NCBI GenBank assembly: GCA_951406725.2
Contig: OX597818.1
Coordinates: 124,124,001 to 124,188,000 of the forward strand
Source: Octopus vulgaris
Lineage: Eukaryota
Direction: 5' to 3'
Length of the DNA: 64,000 bases
Shown piece after piece: positions 1-11,906 of this stretch. Positions within the stretch are counted from its first letter, which is position 1. Each line of letters begins with the position of its first letter. The translations under genes and the position numbers were made by a program. The notes below the pieces were generated by a model, which worked only from the letters and a program-made list of their open reading frames with translations, ran no database searches and was not told the origin of the DNA.

Positions 1-29
1 TTTTACTCAATTATATTGCCACCACCACC

Positions 30-74
<45 letters not shown>
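30..74. repeat. (AGT)n microsatellite
   Basis: Perfect trinucleotide run. Confidence 0.95.
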
Positions 75-75
<1 letters not shown>

Positions 76-99
76 AGGCATTATTGTCTTAAATCCTTG

Positions 100-1152
100 G
101 ACTCACCATAATCAACTGCTTTAAAGGTAAAGGTGATGCTTTAGATAGAAATAGCTACAGGGGTATCAAATTTCTGGATCAGGTGATGAAAGTCACTGAA
201 AGGTTCATAGCCTAACTAATCAGGGAGAGAGTTAGCCTAGATGAGATGCAGTTTGGTTTTGTGCCAGGCAGAAGCACCAGTGATGCTATATTTCTGGTAA
301 GGCAACTGCAGGAGAAATACCTAGCCAAAGATAAACCTCTGCACTTGGCTTTTGTTGACTTCGAGAAAGCCTTTGACAGAGTCCCCCAATCTCTTATCTG
401 GTGGTCAATGAGAAAAGTAGAGGTAGACGAGTGGTTGGTAAGAGTTGTACAAGCCCTATACAGGGATACTGTCAGTAAGGTGAGGGTTGGCAACAAGTAT
501 AGTGAAGAATTCCAGGTAGAAGTAGGGGTTCACCAAGGATCAGTCCTCAGCCCCCTCTTATTCATCATAGTCCTCCAGGCAATAACAGAGGAATTCAAGA
601 CAGGCTGCATCTGGAAGCTTTTCTATGCTGATAACTTTGCTCTAATAGCTGAGTCACTACCAGAACTAGAGATGAAGTTTCAGGTGTGGAAGCAAGATCT
701 AGAATCAAAGGGTCTTAGAGTCAATCTAGCGAAAACCAAAGTCCTAGTAAGTAGGAAGGGAGACAAATCACAAATCCCTTCAGGGAGATGCCCTGCTTGA
801 TCTGTAGAAAAGACGTAGGTAGAAACTCCATAAGATGTATGCAGTGCAAGCTATGGACACATAAGAGGTGCAGCAATATGAAAGGAAGGTTAACTGGGAA
901 GATAGTTTTTGTGTGTGGCAGATGCACAGGGACAATAAACACCGAAGATGTACAGAAAAAGATTCCCTCACATGCCAGGGGAAAAAACTAGAAGTAGTTG
1001 ATAGCTTCTGTTACCTAGGTGACTAAAGTCAGTAGTGGGGGGTGGATGCTCTGAAAGCATAGCCTGGGTAAAGTTCAGACAGCTCCTTTCTCTGCTGGCA
1101 ACAAAGGGCCTTTCACTCAGAGTGAAAGGTAGACTGTATGATGCATGTGTGT
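100..1152 (+). mobile_element. RTE-clade non-LTR retrotransposon fragment (RT with in-line PHD finger), decayed, in an ABTB1 intron
   Basis: ORF 246-800: QFGFVPGRST, AFVDFEKAFDRVP, GVHQGSVLSPLLF, YADN (decayed YADD), KTK. After a frameshift: C4HC3 finger, then LEVVDSFCYLG. Same family as 21350-23783. Confidence 0.9.
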
Positions 1153-1216
1153 GATGTATATATATGTATATGTTTCTGTATATATATGTTTATGTATAAA
1201 TGTATCTATATATATA

Positions 1217-2507
1217 CGAGGGGCGTTCAATAAGTAATGCCTCTGACCAACTTGCAGTTGTTTGATCTAGCTGAAAATTTACATGTGCAATTATTTATAT
1301 CTCTATAGATTAAGTGGCAAATTACAGCTCTGAACTAATTGTGGTTTCTGATATACAGGTGTTTGAACTGAGTCAAGTGTGAAATGGAGCCTGTTGAGTG
1401 TCGAGCAGTGATCCAGTTTTTGTATTTGAAAGGACGCACACCACGGGAGACTTTTGATGAAATGAAAGTAACTTATGGTGATGATGCCCCATCATATGAC
1501 CTTGTAAAACACTGGCATCGTGAATTCAAACATGGTTGGAACTCTGTGGAAACAGCTCCCAGATCTGGTCACCCCCCCTTCTGCCATTGATGAGGCATCT
1601 GTCCATCAAGTTGAGACTGCCATTTTGGAAGATCGACGCATAACTATTCGCCAAATAGCCCATGAGGTCAAGTTTAGTACCGGGTCTGTGGAAACTATCA
1701 TTCATGACCATTTGCATATGCAAAAGGTGTCTGCCAGATGGATTCCCAGGTTGCTCACACCTTTCCAGAAGCAAGAACGCGTTGAGTGCTTGAGGATGAA
1801 TTTGGAGATGTGTCAAAAAGATGAGTCAAAATTATTCAAAAGACTGATTACACAGGATGAAACCTGGGTCCATCACTCTGATCCAGAGACCAAAGCCCAG
1901 TCAATGCAGTGGAAGCTCCGTGACTCACCACCTCCAAAGAAGGCAAGGGTGCAGCCCTCCGCTGGCAAGGTCATGCTCACAGTCTTCTGGGACCTGGACG
2001 GAGTAGTGATGACAGATTTCCTGGCAAAGGGTACCACAATTACAGGAGCCTATTATGCTTCACTTTTGAGAAAATTAAGAGAAGCTATCAAAATCAAGAG
2101 GCGGGGCAAGATCAGCAAAGGCATCCTCCTCCTGCAGGACAACGCTCCGGTCTACAACTCGCGTGTCGCCAGATCAGAAGCACAGGCATGCAGCTATGAA
2201 CTCCTCCTCCATCCCCCTACTCTCCTGACCTTGCACCCTCTGATTTTCACCTCTTCCTACCCATGAAGTTGTTTTTGAAAGGAAAGCGTTTCCCAGATGA
2301 TGCAGCCTTGATTTCTGAAGTCATGTTGTGGTTGGAGGGCCAAGCTGGAGTCTTCTACAAAAACGGTCTCCAGAGTTGCATCAAACGATGGGAGAAATGT
2401 GTAACTCTGGGTGGTTCCTATGTAGAAAAAGACTAATAACTGTGCCAAGTTTCGTTGCTCTACTGCTATGGGAAGTGGGTCAGAGGCATTACTTATTGAA
2501 CGCCCCT

Positions 2508-2509
<2 letters not shown>
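1217..2509 (+). mobile_element. Full-length mariner (DD34D) DNA transposon, 1293 bp, irritans-like termini
   Basis: 32-bp TIRs cgaggggcgttcaataagtaatgcctctgacc (1217-1248) and 2478-2509 with 1 mismatch; TA on both sides; inserted in (TA)n. Confidence 0.95.
1384..2436 (+). pseudogene. Mariner transposase with frameshifts
   Basis: HTH N-terminus (MEPVECRAVIQFL...), WIPRLL, QDETW, QDNAP, out-of-frame PYSPDLAPSDFHLF, C-terminus YVEKD-stop. Frameshifts near 1570-1580 and in the 2210-2270 region. Confidence 0.9.

Positions 2510-2576
<67 letters not shown>
2510..2576. repeat. (TA)n microsatellite
   Basis: Perfect TA run after the mariner right TIR. Confidence 0.95.
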
Positions 2577-2579
<3 letters not shown>

Positions 2580-2660
2580 TTCCATATCCTACCCACCTCT
2601 CCAACATTGTATCTTTTTTGTCTTACATTACCTTACTTGTTTATTTTTGTATATTGACAG

Positions 2661-2785
2661 TTTCTTCAAAGCCTTGTATCAAAATAACAACCATAACCGT
2701 GGAGTGTGAATCGGTTACACAGAACTTACAAACTGACTTTCTCAAACTGGCCAACGCAACTCAGCCTCATGAACTTGGTTCTTGG
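2661..2785 (+). CDS. ABTB1: ABTB1 internal coding exon (linker between BTB domains); upstream exons lie outside the window
   Basis: Acceptor attgacag, donor gtaagt. Encodes (V)SSKPCIKITTITVECESVTQNLQTDFLKLANATQPHELGSW, resembling recalled human VASKPGTCVKVLTIE...EDMALLADCALPPEL. Ends in phase 0, joining 5895. Confidence 0.8.
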
Positions 2786-2931
2786 GTAAGTAATAAAGTT
2801 TTAACGTTTTTGGAGTGTAGACTTTCTCTAGAATATTTTATTACTAAAGCAATTTCCAATGGCATGAAAACAGCCCTCAGTACACGATGTAGAATGGTTA
2901 GCATCAGGAAGGGCATCCAGCTGTTGAAACC

Positions 2932-3131
2932 TATTTCTTTATTACCCACAAGGGGCTGAACATAGAGGGGACAAACATGGACAGACATAGGTATTAAGTC
3001 GATTATATCGGCCCCAGTGCTTAACTGGTACTTAATTTATCGACCCCGAAAGGATGAAAGGCAAAGTCGACCTCGGCGGAATTTGAACTCACAACGTAAC
3101 GGCAGATGAAATACCGCTAAGCATTTCGCCC
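2932..3131 (-). mobile_element. SINE family B (tRNA-derived), 5'-truncated, nested in a D-type RTE 3' end (about 2870-3200)
   Basis: B-box gagttcaaattcc; core ctttcatcctttcggggtcgataaattaagtaccag; tail ...gggtaataaagaaata on the minus strand. Confidence 0.85.
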
Positions 3132-3699
3132 GATGGACAGTTCAGTCCATCAGATCCTGTCAAACCATCGTACATAGACTATGGATGTTAAATGTTGATT
3201 ATAGCATAAATGACCAGATTAATTCTATGTAGTTGTTTCTATTTAGCCCCGTGTCAGTCTTGGTTGAGCAGACTTGTGTTAAAAGGCATTGAAGTTGTGA
3301 CCATCCTTGTCATAAAGCACTTTACAGTACCAGTTTCTTCTCTCGCACCTCTGAACTTTGGAATTCATTTCCACAGTCTTGTTTTCCTCTTCAATATTAC
3401 CTCCAGTCTTTTAAGTCTAATGTACATCGTCACACGTTGGCTTTTGTCTAGCATCTATATTATTCTAGTGGCTCTTACATTTTCAGTCGTCTAAGGACCT
3501 TGTAACGAGCAAATGCTTAAAAGAAAAAATCAAGTCATTTAGAATATTTAATTAGAGTTAGGTGAACTTGAAGTAATTAATTAATTAATTAATTAATTAT
3601 TGGATGTTTTACATCTGTTTCTGGGATATCCCAAGTGATAGGTTGGTATCTCCATACACTTGGTATTCCATCATCAGAAGCAAGGTGGAGTCTCTCTTT

Positions 3700-4091
3700 T
3701 ACTCTTTACTCTTTTACTTGTTTCAGTCATTTGACTGCGGCCATGCTGGAGCACCGCCTATAGTCGAGCAAATCGACCCTGAGACTTATTCTTTGTAAGC
3801 CCAGTACTTATTCTATCGGTCTCTTTTGCCGAACCGCTAAGTGACGGGGACGTAAACACACCAGCATCGGTTGTCAAGCAATGCTAGGGGCACACACAAA
3901 CACACAAACACACACATATATATATACATATATACGACAGGCTTCTTTCAGTTTCCGTCTACCAAATCCACTCACAAGGCTTTGGTCGGTCCGGGGCTAT
4001 AGCAGAAGACACTTGCCTAAGATGCCACGCAGTGGGACTGAACCCGGAACCATGTGGTTGGTTAGCAAGCTACTTACCACACAGCCACTCC
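3700..4091 (-). mobile_element. SINE family A (tRNA-derived head, internal TA/CA microsatellite, (gagtaaaa)n tail)
   Basis: Head aggagtggctgtgtggtaag...ccgggttcagtccc; more than 12 similar copies in the window. Confidence 0.9.
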
Positions 4092-4552
4092 TGTGTGAAA
4101 GTTTCAGGCAGGGAAATTCACAGATTATACAGGAATAAAATTGTAGATGGAAGAATAAAGAGTAAAAAGACATACAGTAATGAATCGAGGGAAAGTCTTT
4201 CAGGTGTTTATGTTTTCATTCTGGGAGTTCTAGAATGATTGAGTGTTAGTTCTCTCTTCTTTTCCCCACCCCAGTACTTATTCATCTTCTTTGATACTTC
4301 TTCATGTTTTTTCAGTTGTGGGGAAAGACCATGTTTTTTTTCAGGCATGTTTAACATTTTCTCTACAAACTACAAACAAGCCTGCCTCCCTTCCTTTTTT
4401 TTTTTTTTTCATACAAAAACTAATGCAAATTTCGAACAGGGTATAGCTGTGAAAAGAGCCCAGAAAAATGGGTAATACCCACTACAAAATGGGTGGGGGA
4501 GAAAAGTTGCCAACAGGTGGCTACACGAAATTCAACTCTATACTTTAAAGAG

Positions 4553-5040
4553 TGTCTTCTACTATAGCCTCGGGCTGACCAAAGCCTCATGAGTGGATTT
4601 GGTAGACGGAAACTGAAAGAAGCCCATCATACACACACACACACATATATAATTAATAATATCAGGGTAATAAAGATTTTAGAAATTTTTACTACCAGTG
4701 GCCTAGCATATTGAAAAATTAGTCAATAGACTATATATTATTCATATAAAATACAGTGTACATTTAAACACACCTCTTAATGTGTTTAAATGTACACTAT
4801 ATTTTATATATATATATATTTATATGTGTGTGTTTGTGTCTGTGTTTGTCCCCCCACCATCATTGCTTGACAACCGATGTTAGTGTGTTTGCATCCTCGT
4901 AACTTAGCTATTCGGCACTAGAGACTGATAGAATAAGCACCGGGCTTACAGGGAATAAGTCCAGGAGTCGATTTCTTCGACTAAGGGCGGTGCCCCAGTA
5001 CGGCCATCAAATGACAGAAACAAATAAAAGAATAAAAGAA
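4553..5040 (+). mobile_element. SINE family A, 5'-truncated, with an AT-rich insert in its microsatellite
   Basis: Body matches family A; insert 4650-4810 includes a 29-bp inverted repeat. Confidence 0.8.
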
Positions 5041-5041
5041 T

Positions 5042-5495
5042 ACCAGAAGAATGTTCTGTACCACTAAACCAAGAAGCTTTTGTCTTATGAAGAAAGGCTG
5101 AAGACGCTCGACCTTTATTCTCTAGAAAAACGACAACGCCGTGGTGATCTCATTCTTGCTCACAACATCATAAGCAGAAAGTGTAACCTCTCGAAAGAGC
5201 TGTTCTTCACTCCTGCTCCAGAGCATAGGCTGCGGGGTCACTCCGAAAAGCTCTATCTGCGACGATTTCATCTCAATCGAAGGAGAGGGGCTTTCTCCGT
5301 CCGGGTTGCGGATCCGTGGAATAAGCTGCAGGATGAGATAGTGAAGATGCCGACGACCGCTCGGTTCAAAGTCTCTCTTGACCAGAAATGGCCTGAACTC
5401 TTTGCATGAACACCCTCCCTGTACATAATTCCATGTCCCCCTACATGGCCTTGCTTTTTGCTTTTTGAGCCAAAAAATTAACTTAACTTAACTGA
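5042..5495 (+). mobile_element. CR1-group LINE 3' end
   Basis: LSYEERLKTLDLYSLEKRQRRGDLI...RGHSEKL...FSVRVADPWNKL...FKVSLD then stop; (ttaac)n tail. Confidence 0.85.
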
Positions 5496-5894
5496 ACTCG
5501 TATGTATGATGTATTTTAAGGCTAATGTCTGTGTACATTTGTGTAACTGAGATATTTTGGTTGGATTATATAGTTATCTGTTTTACACTGTATTCTGTAA
5601 GTGTCACAATATAGAAACATTTCTCATGGCAGCAGCAGCACACAATTTACAAATGCTTACATTTTTTAATGTTTACCATGAATTTTTCACAGGTCTAGCT
5701 AGTATTATATTAATCTGCTTGAAGTTGGTAGTTTTTATAAGCCTAAATTTTCAGTGTAATGTTATAAAACCACCTCCATTGCCTAGTCTAATTTGAATGC
5801 AATTTAGAATGGTAATGTGTTGATGATGATGATGATGACAGTGGTGGTAATGATAATGATGTTAAAGTATACAGCACAAATTTCTATTTTGTAG

Positions 5895-5987
5895 CCAATT
5901 AGAGAACTACCATTTGATCCTGAATATCCCAGCATGTTTGCAGATATAGGATTTATAGTGGAAGGTTATCGCTTTTTAGGTCATAAG
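5895..5987 (+). CDS. ABTB1: ABTB1 coding exon (start of second BTB domain)
   Basis: Acceptor tttctattttgtag, donor gtaagt; 93 nt, phase 0/0; PIRELPFDPEYPSMFADIGFIVEGYRFLGHK (BTB DI-x-F-x-V...HK motif). Confidence 0.9.
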
Positions 5988-6194
5988 GTAAGTTAACCTA
6001 TTTTGTTTTTGCTTTCATTAACAGAATTATAATACCATTGATACATGATGTATAAATTCCAATCCTCCCAATTGTGTTAACAACCATTTAGTATTCTTCC
6101 TGGTCAGTTTCTGTCAAACTGTCCAACCCATGCCAGCATGGAAAGTGAATGTTAAACGATGAGGATAATGATGATCATCATGATCGATTTCAAT

Positions 6195-6752
6195 CATCAT
6201 CATCATCATTATCATCATTGTTTAGCATCCGCTTCCCATGCTAGCATGGGTTGGACGGTTTAACTGGGGTCTGTGAAGCCGGAAGGCTTCATCAGGCCCA
6301 GTCTGATCTGGCAATGTTTCTACAGCTGGATGCCCTTCCTATTGCCAACCACTCCGTGAGTGTAGTGGGTGCTTTTTACATGCCACCGGCACAGGTGCCA
6401 GACGGGGATGGCAAACGACCACGATCGGATGGTTTTTTTTCACGTGCAACCGGCACGGGTGCCAGACGAGGCTGGCAAACGGTCACGATTGGATGGGTTT
6501 TTTTTTATGTGCCACCAGCACGGGTGCCAGACAAGGCTGGAAAACGGCCATGATCGGAAGGTGCTTTTCACGTGCCACTGGCACAGGGGCCAGGTGAGGC
6601 TGGCAACGGCCACGATCGGATGGTGCTTTTTACATGCCACCGGCACGGGGGCCAGGCGAGGCTGGCAACGGCCACGATCGGATGATGCTTTTTACGTGCC
6701 ACCGGCACGAGGCCAGTCAGGGCAGCGCTAGCAACGGCTATGTTCGGATGGT
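6195..6752 (-). mobile_element. D-type RTE 3'-end element with an internal ~61-bp minisatellite (about 6 units)
   Basis: (GAT)n tail and ccaacccatgctagcatgg terminal motif on the minus strand; tandem units at 6370-6750 contain gtgccaccggcac. Confidence 0.8.
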
Positions 6753-7473
6753 TCATGATGATGATGATTAATTATTCTGTCAAACATGAATTTTATTTAT
6801 TCACATTGTTTTGAATTAGTCATGTATTATCTCATATCTTCAAGATTTTGATGATGTGATTGTTTATTCTTTTAGAATGACATCTTAGGGTAGGTATGAG
6901 AAACTAGATCTGGCCAGTTTGACCATGAAACAAGTAGAATTTTAGGACCTGATATGGCTGGTTCAAATGTTAAAGAGTTAAATGGTATAATACAAGGATA
7001 GGCCTGAAAAGTTCATAGGCTGACCGTGAAGGAGTGTTGCTAGAGCTGTGAAACCTTGCATACATTAATTTTAAATCTTCTTATTAATAACTGCATTGTT
7101 TCTTTCTTAGTTGTACAAAATTTATGTGAAGTCTCCAGACTTTAGTATCAAAGGTGATCGCCTAGTTCACCTGGTGCACAGTACAGGTCTTGATGATGAG
7201 TTGCTTACAGACATTTCTACTTTTAATGTGAACCTCCTGCAGAATCAGTGTGGCAATGTGTGACAGTGCAGTCCATTCCATCCAATGGGATTCTATGCAG
7301 TTTCCATATCCCATTGTATTAAGTAGCTGAGAATTCCTCAGAAACTTGTACCCCTAACATAATTCTAAAACCGAATCAATGTGACAATATGTGTTATAAA
7401 AGTAAGCGTTTTGAATTACATTAAAGTCTATCCAATGTATCTCTGTACAATTTCTTTCCACTTAATTTCACTT

Positions 7474-7675
7474 TATCATCATCATCATTGTTCGACCGTG
7501 GTCGAGACAATGGAATTTACCATGCTACGCCAGACTTCATGGTCCATCATAGCATTACGGAGGTCCTGTTGCTGGATGCCTGTATCCCTGGAGATTACGT
7601 CAGGATAGGAGAGTGTGTGCCCTCTGGTATTGCGAGTAGATGGCTTCCAGAGGAGAAGAGTAGAAATTGCCTCGT
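7474..7675 (-). mobile_element. RTE-type LINE 3' end (different family)
   Basis: Minus strand reads LLWKPSTRNTRGHTLSYPDVISRDTG...AMMDHEVWR, then (TGA)n tail. Confidence 0.65.
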
Positions 7676-7946
7676 TTTCACTTTATAGGCTGTGACCAAC
7701 CCAAAGCTAAAGTCGAAGAAAAGACAATTTCCTAAGGTGTCAGACAATGAGTTAGAATCTAGAATCTTATGATAGTGTAGGGTATGTGTAAGTGGTTGGA
7801 CTCAACCAGTTTGAACGGAAAATGGGTAGAATATCTGGGTTTTATATGCCCAAATTAAGTGCCAAAGTAGAAGTTAGACAATTTCCTAAGGTGCCAGACA
7901 ATGGGTTAGAACCAAGAATCACATGATTGCAAAGAGAATATCGTAA

Positions 7947-8105
7947 CCCTTTAGCATTCAGATTACTCTGTCAAATGGAAGCTTATTTATTCACATTGTT
8001 TTGAATCAGTCTTGTTATCTCAGAGCTTAAAGATTTCTGTGTGTGATGCTTATTTTTAGAATGAACAGAAAATGGGGAAAATATTTGGATCTAGATGCTA
8101 AAGGG
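7947..8105. mobile_element. piggyBac-like MITE; related decayed copy at about 6770-6982
   Basis: TIRs ccctttagcat / atgctaaaggg; TTAA on the right and GTAA on the left. Confidence 0.6.
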
Positions 8106-8134
8106 TTAAACTTACATCAATGCACATACATATA

Positions 8135-8532
8135 CTCTTTACTCTTTTACTCTTTTACTTGTTTCAGTCATTTGACTGCGGCCATGCTAGAGCACCGCCT
8201 TTAGTCGAGCAAATCGACCCCGGGACTTATTCTTTGTAAGCCCAGAACTTATTCTATCGGTCTCTTTTGCCGAACCGCTAAGTGACGGGGACGTAAACAC
8301 ACCAGCATCAGTTGTCAAGCAATGCTAGGGGGACAAACACAGACACACACATACATATACATATATATACATATATACGACAGGCTTCTTTCAGTTTCCG
8401 TCTACCAAATCCACTCACAAGGCTTTGGTCGGCTCGGGGCTATAGCAGAAGACACTTGCCCAAGATGCCACGCAGTGGGACTGAACCCGGAACCATGTGG
8501 TTGGTTAGCAAGCTACTTACCACGCAGCCACT
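8135..8532 (-). mobile_element. SINE family A
   Basis: Near-consensus copy. Confidence 0.9.
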
Positions 8533-8910
8533 TTAAAATTTTGGCACAAGGTCAGCAAGTTTGAGGAAAGAGGGTAGTCAATTACATTGACTCAGCATTC
8601 AACAGGTACTTATTTCATCAACCCTGAAAGGCTGAAAGGCAAAATCGACCTTGGCTGAATTTGAACTCGGAATGTAACACCAGAAGAAATGCCACTAAAT
8701 AATTTGCCCAGGTGCTAATGATTCTGCCAGCCTGCTGCCTTAATACACACACATTCTTTTCTACTCTAGGCACAAGACTCAAAATTTTGGGTGAGGGGGC
8801 CAGTCGATTAGATCGACCCCAGTATGCAACTGGTACTTAATTTATCAACCCCAAAAGGATCAACGGTAAAGCTGACCTTGGCAAAATTTGAACTCAGAAC
8901 ATAGACAGAC

Positions 8911-9328
8911 AGGAGTGGCTGTGTGGTAAGTAGCTTGCTAACCAACCACATGGTTCCAGGTTCAGTCCCACTATGTGGTATCTTGGGCAAGTGTCTTCTG
9001 CTACAGCCTCGGGCCCACCAAAGCCTTGTGAGTGGATTTGGTAGACGGAAACTGAAAGAAGCCTGTCGTGTATATGTATATATATATATTAATATATATG
9101 TATGTGTGTGTATATGTTTGTGTGTCTGATAACCGATGCTGGTGTGTTTGTGTGTCTTGACAACCGATGCTGGTGTGTTTACGTCCCCGTCACTTAGCGG
9201 TTCGGCAAAAGACACCGATAGAATAAGTACTAGGCTTACAAAAAACAAGTCCTGGGGTCGATCTGCTCGACTAAAGGCGGTGCTCCAGCATGGCCACAGT
9301 CAAATGACTGAAGCAACTAAAAGAGTAA
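8911..9328 (+). mobile_element. SINE family A with a short internal duplication
   Basis: Near-consensus; the tgacaaccgatgctggtgtgttt segment is duplicated at about 9128-9180. Confidence 0.9.
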
Positions 9329-9503
9329 GTATTTCGCCCAGCGTGTTAACGTTTCTGCCTGATCGCACCTTTACACACATGTATATTACTACTGCATTTG
9401 TTACGTGTGGAAGTGCAAGTGTGCATGTACATGTGAGTAGTCAGTCCATTATCAATGCATTTTTATCAATCTATCACTGTTTTCTACCTTGTTTTTAATC
9501 CAG

Positions 9504-9662
9504 TGTATCCTTTCTACACGAACTGACTACTTCAAAGTTCTCCTGACAGACCATTTCAATGAAAGTGAGAACTCTGAAGGGATTCCTTTTCTCAGTTTAC
9601 ATGAAGTCAGTGCTTTAGTCTTCCGACAAATTATGTATTTCATCTATACAGACAGCTGTGAG
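9504..9662 (+). CDS. ABTB1: ABTB1 coding exon (second BTB domain)
   Basis: Acceptor tttttaatccag, donor gtatgt; 159 nt, phase 0/0; CILSTRTDYFKVLLTDHFNESENSEGIPFLSLHEVSALVFRQIMYFIYTDSCE. Confidence 0.92.
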
Positions 9663-9865
9663 GTATGTATTTAACTGACACACGATATCTGTTTGTCTGT
9701 CTGTCTATCCACCTGTCGGTCTGTCTCAAACCCACCCACCTACCTACATATCTACCTACCTACCTACCTACTTACATACAAACATCCATACATATTTATG
9801 AAAATCAAATAATACTATCAATAATAAATCTCCGAGCGAGTTATAAACAGTAGCTACAACACATC

Positions 9866-10027
9866 GTGACGTATATTTGCCATAGGATGGCTTCCCTTTG
9901 CAAATACTGATAGGGCATAGAAAGTGTGTTTATAGCCAGCTGGAGGCGGTGGCCTCCTGGGGCTACAAACTACAGTAGCATCCACCCTTAGGGGGTTAAC
10001 CATATTTTAATGGCAAATATACGTCAC
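9866..10027. mobile_element. MITE with 18-bp perfect TIRs
   Basis: gtgacgtatatttgccat (9866-9883) and its reverse complement (10010-10027). Confidence 0.65.
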
Positions 10028-10297
10028 AAAATAATACTAATTTTCCTCTTACCATTATTTTCATCTAGTATCACTTTTTTACTGTTTCAGTATTTACTGA
10101 CATTACTTCTGCTGGTCATTTTTAGGCTTATCAACCATATGCATGGTCATATATACATGCGTGTGTATATACATACAAACAAATGAACAAAATTCCACAT
10201 TGTGATAGAAAATGTTGGCTATACTATACCAGGGTGGAAGATATCACCTGCATCTTCAGCAGTGGCTCCAAAATAATAATAATAATAATAATAATAA

Positions 10298-10853
10298 ATG
10301 CCCTGATGCAGTACCAGGCAGTGGCTCTCATGGCTTCTGATCTTAACTGATTGGAAGTGTTATCATGTACATTGTTTTGTCGTGGTATAAAAGATGGGCT
10401 ACAGCAAATATTCTGCTCAATACCACAGGTTTGCTTGTCAGTTGTTTGACCTTAACCAGTTGAGCATGTCCCTTAGTGGCTGACAATATGTGCATCTCTG
10501 ATCATGAGCAGAAATAGTTGGGGAGCATCATAGCCATGTGTTGAGAGGGATTCTTTGGAGTTTAAATAATTCACCTCTGGAAACATGGGTGTTTTGTTCA
10601 ACATCCTTAAATGACCCTTATTTAGGGACCTTTTGAGCGGGATGGGTTACTCGACCAGAAGAAAATTCTAACTGGGCCACACATGCAAGGTCATGTGCTG
10701 TTTGTCTTGATATGAGATCACCATGTTGCGCACATATGGTTGTGATGCATGTGCCTAGTGTACCCTTATCAGACGGGTAGTCATGATGGGTATACTGGGC
10801 TTCGTATATTTTACCCCAGTGTCACTTTGATGGCATGCACTGCTCTCTCGCTC
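10298..10853. mobile_element. Unclassified 556-bp element inside (AAT)n, copy 1
   Basis: Highly similar same-length copy at 12491-13046; both ends abut (AAT)n. Confidence 0.8.
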
Positions 10854-11584
10854 AATAATAATAATAATAATAATCCTTTCTACTATAGTCACAAGGCCTA
10901 AAATTTGTGGGAAAGGGACTAGTTGATTGCATTGGCCCCAGTGCTCGACTGGTACTTATTCTTATTGACTCAGAGAGCATGAAAGGCAAAAATCAACCTC
11001 GTCAGGATTTGAACTCAGAATGTGGAAATGGACGAAATTTCGCTCAGTATTTTTCCTGGCATGCTAACGATTCTGCCAACTCACTACCTTGATGATGATG
11101 ATGTTGATGATGATGATAATAATAATTGCTTCAAATTTTGACACAACGCCAACATTTTTAGGGGTGAGTTTTGTTGATATACTATTAATCCAAATACTTT
11201 AGTTTATCGATCCTGGCAGGGTGAAAGGCAAAGTTGACCATGATGGCATTTGAACTCAGAATGTAAAGAGCTGCAACAAATGCTTAGTATTTTTGTCCAA
11301 TACTCTAACAAATCTACTAATCTACCACTTTTAATAATAATAATAATTATCCTTTCTGCTGTAATTTTGAGGGTGGGAGACAAGCTGATTATATTGACCC
11401 CCAGTATTTGACTGGTACTTATTTTCATTGACCCTGAAAGGATGAAAGGCAAAGTGGAATTTGAATTCAGAATGTAAAGACAGACAAAATGCTGCTAAAA
11501 GTTTTTCTTGGCTTGCTAATGATTCTGCCAACTCACAACCTTAATAATAATAATAATAATAATAGCAACAACAACAACAACAAC

Positions 11585-11865
11585 AATATGGAGACCTGAG
11601 AATTGAGATCGTTAAGATGTGGCAGCTACTAGAGTTCAAAAGTTATCCCTATTGTCATAGAGCATTGGGTTCAATACCACCCAATCTGAAAACTTTAGAA
11701 ATATCGTACAATCTAGGTGTATTATAAAAGTCGGCATTACTTGGAACTGCATGCATATTGTCGGTTTGAGGCCCTTGTTGTGACTTGATAAACAGTATAA
11801 ACCCCTGTTAGACACAATATCTTCAATCAACAACCTCACAATATTGTATACTGTGCACTGTCTAT
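11585..11865 (+). mobile_element. R4/Dong-clade retrotransposon 3' fragment, decayed
   Basis: YGDLRIEIVKMW...IPIVI..LGS...ALLGTA: C-terminus of a restriction-like endonuclease; flanked by AAT/AAC repeats. Confidence 0.6.
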
Positions 11866-11906
11866 AATAATCATGATAGTAATAATAATAATAACAATAA
11901 TAATAA

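Noticed and set aside
8312-8564. Recurrent short ORFs such as MSSNARGTN...RHLPKMPRSGTEPGTMWLVSKLL
   Set aside because: Antisense translations of SINE family A repeated across the window, not a gene family.
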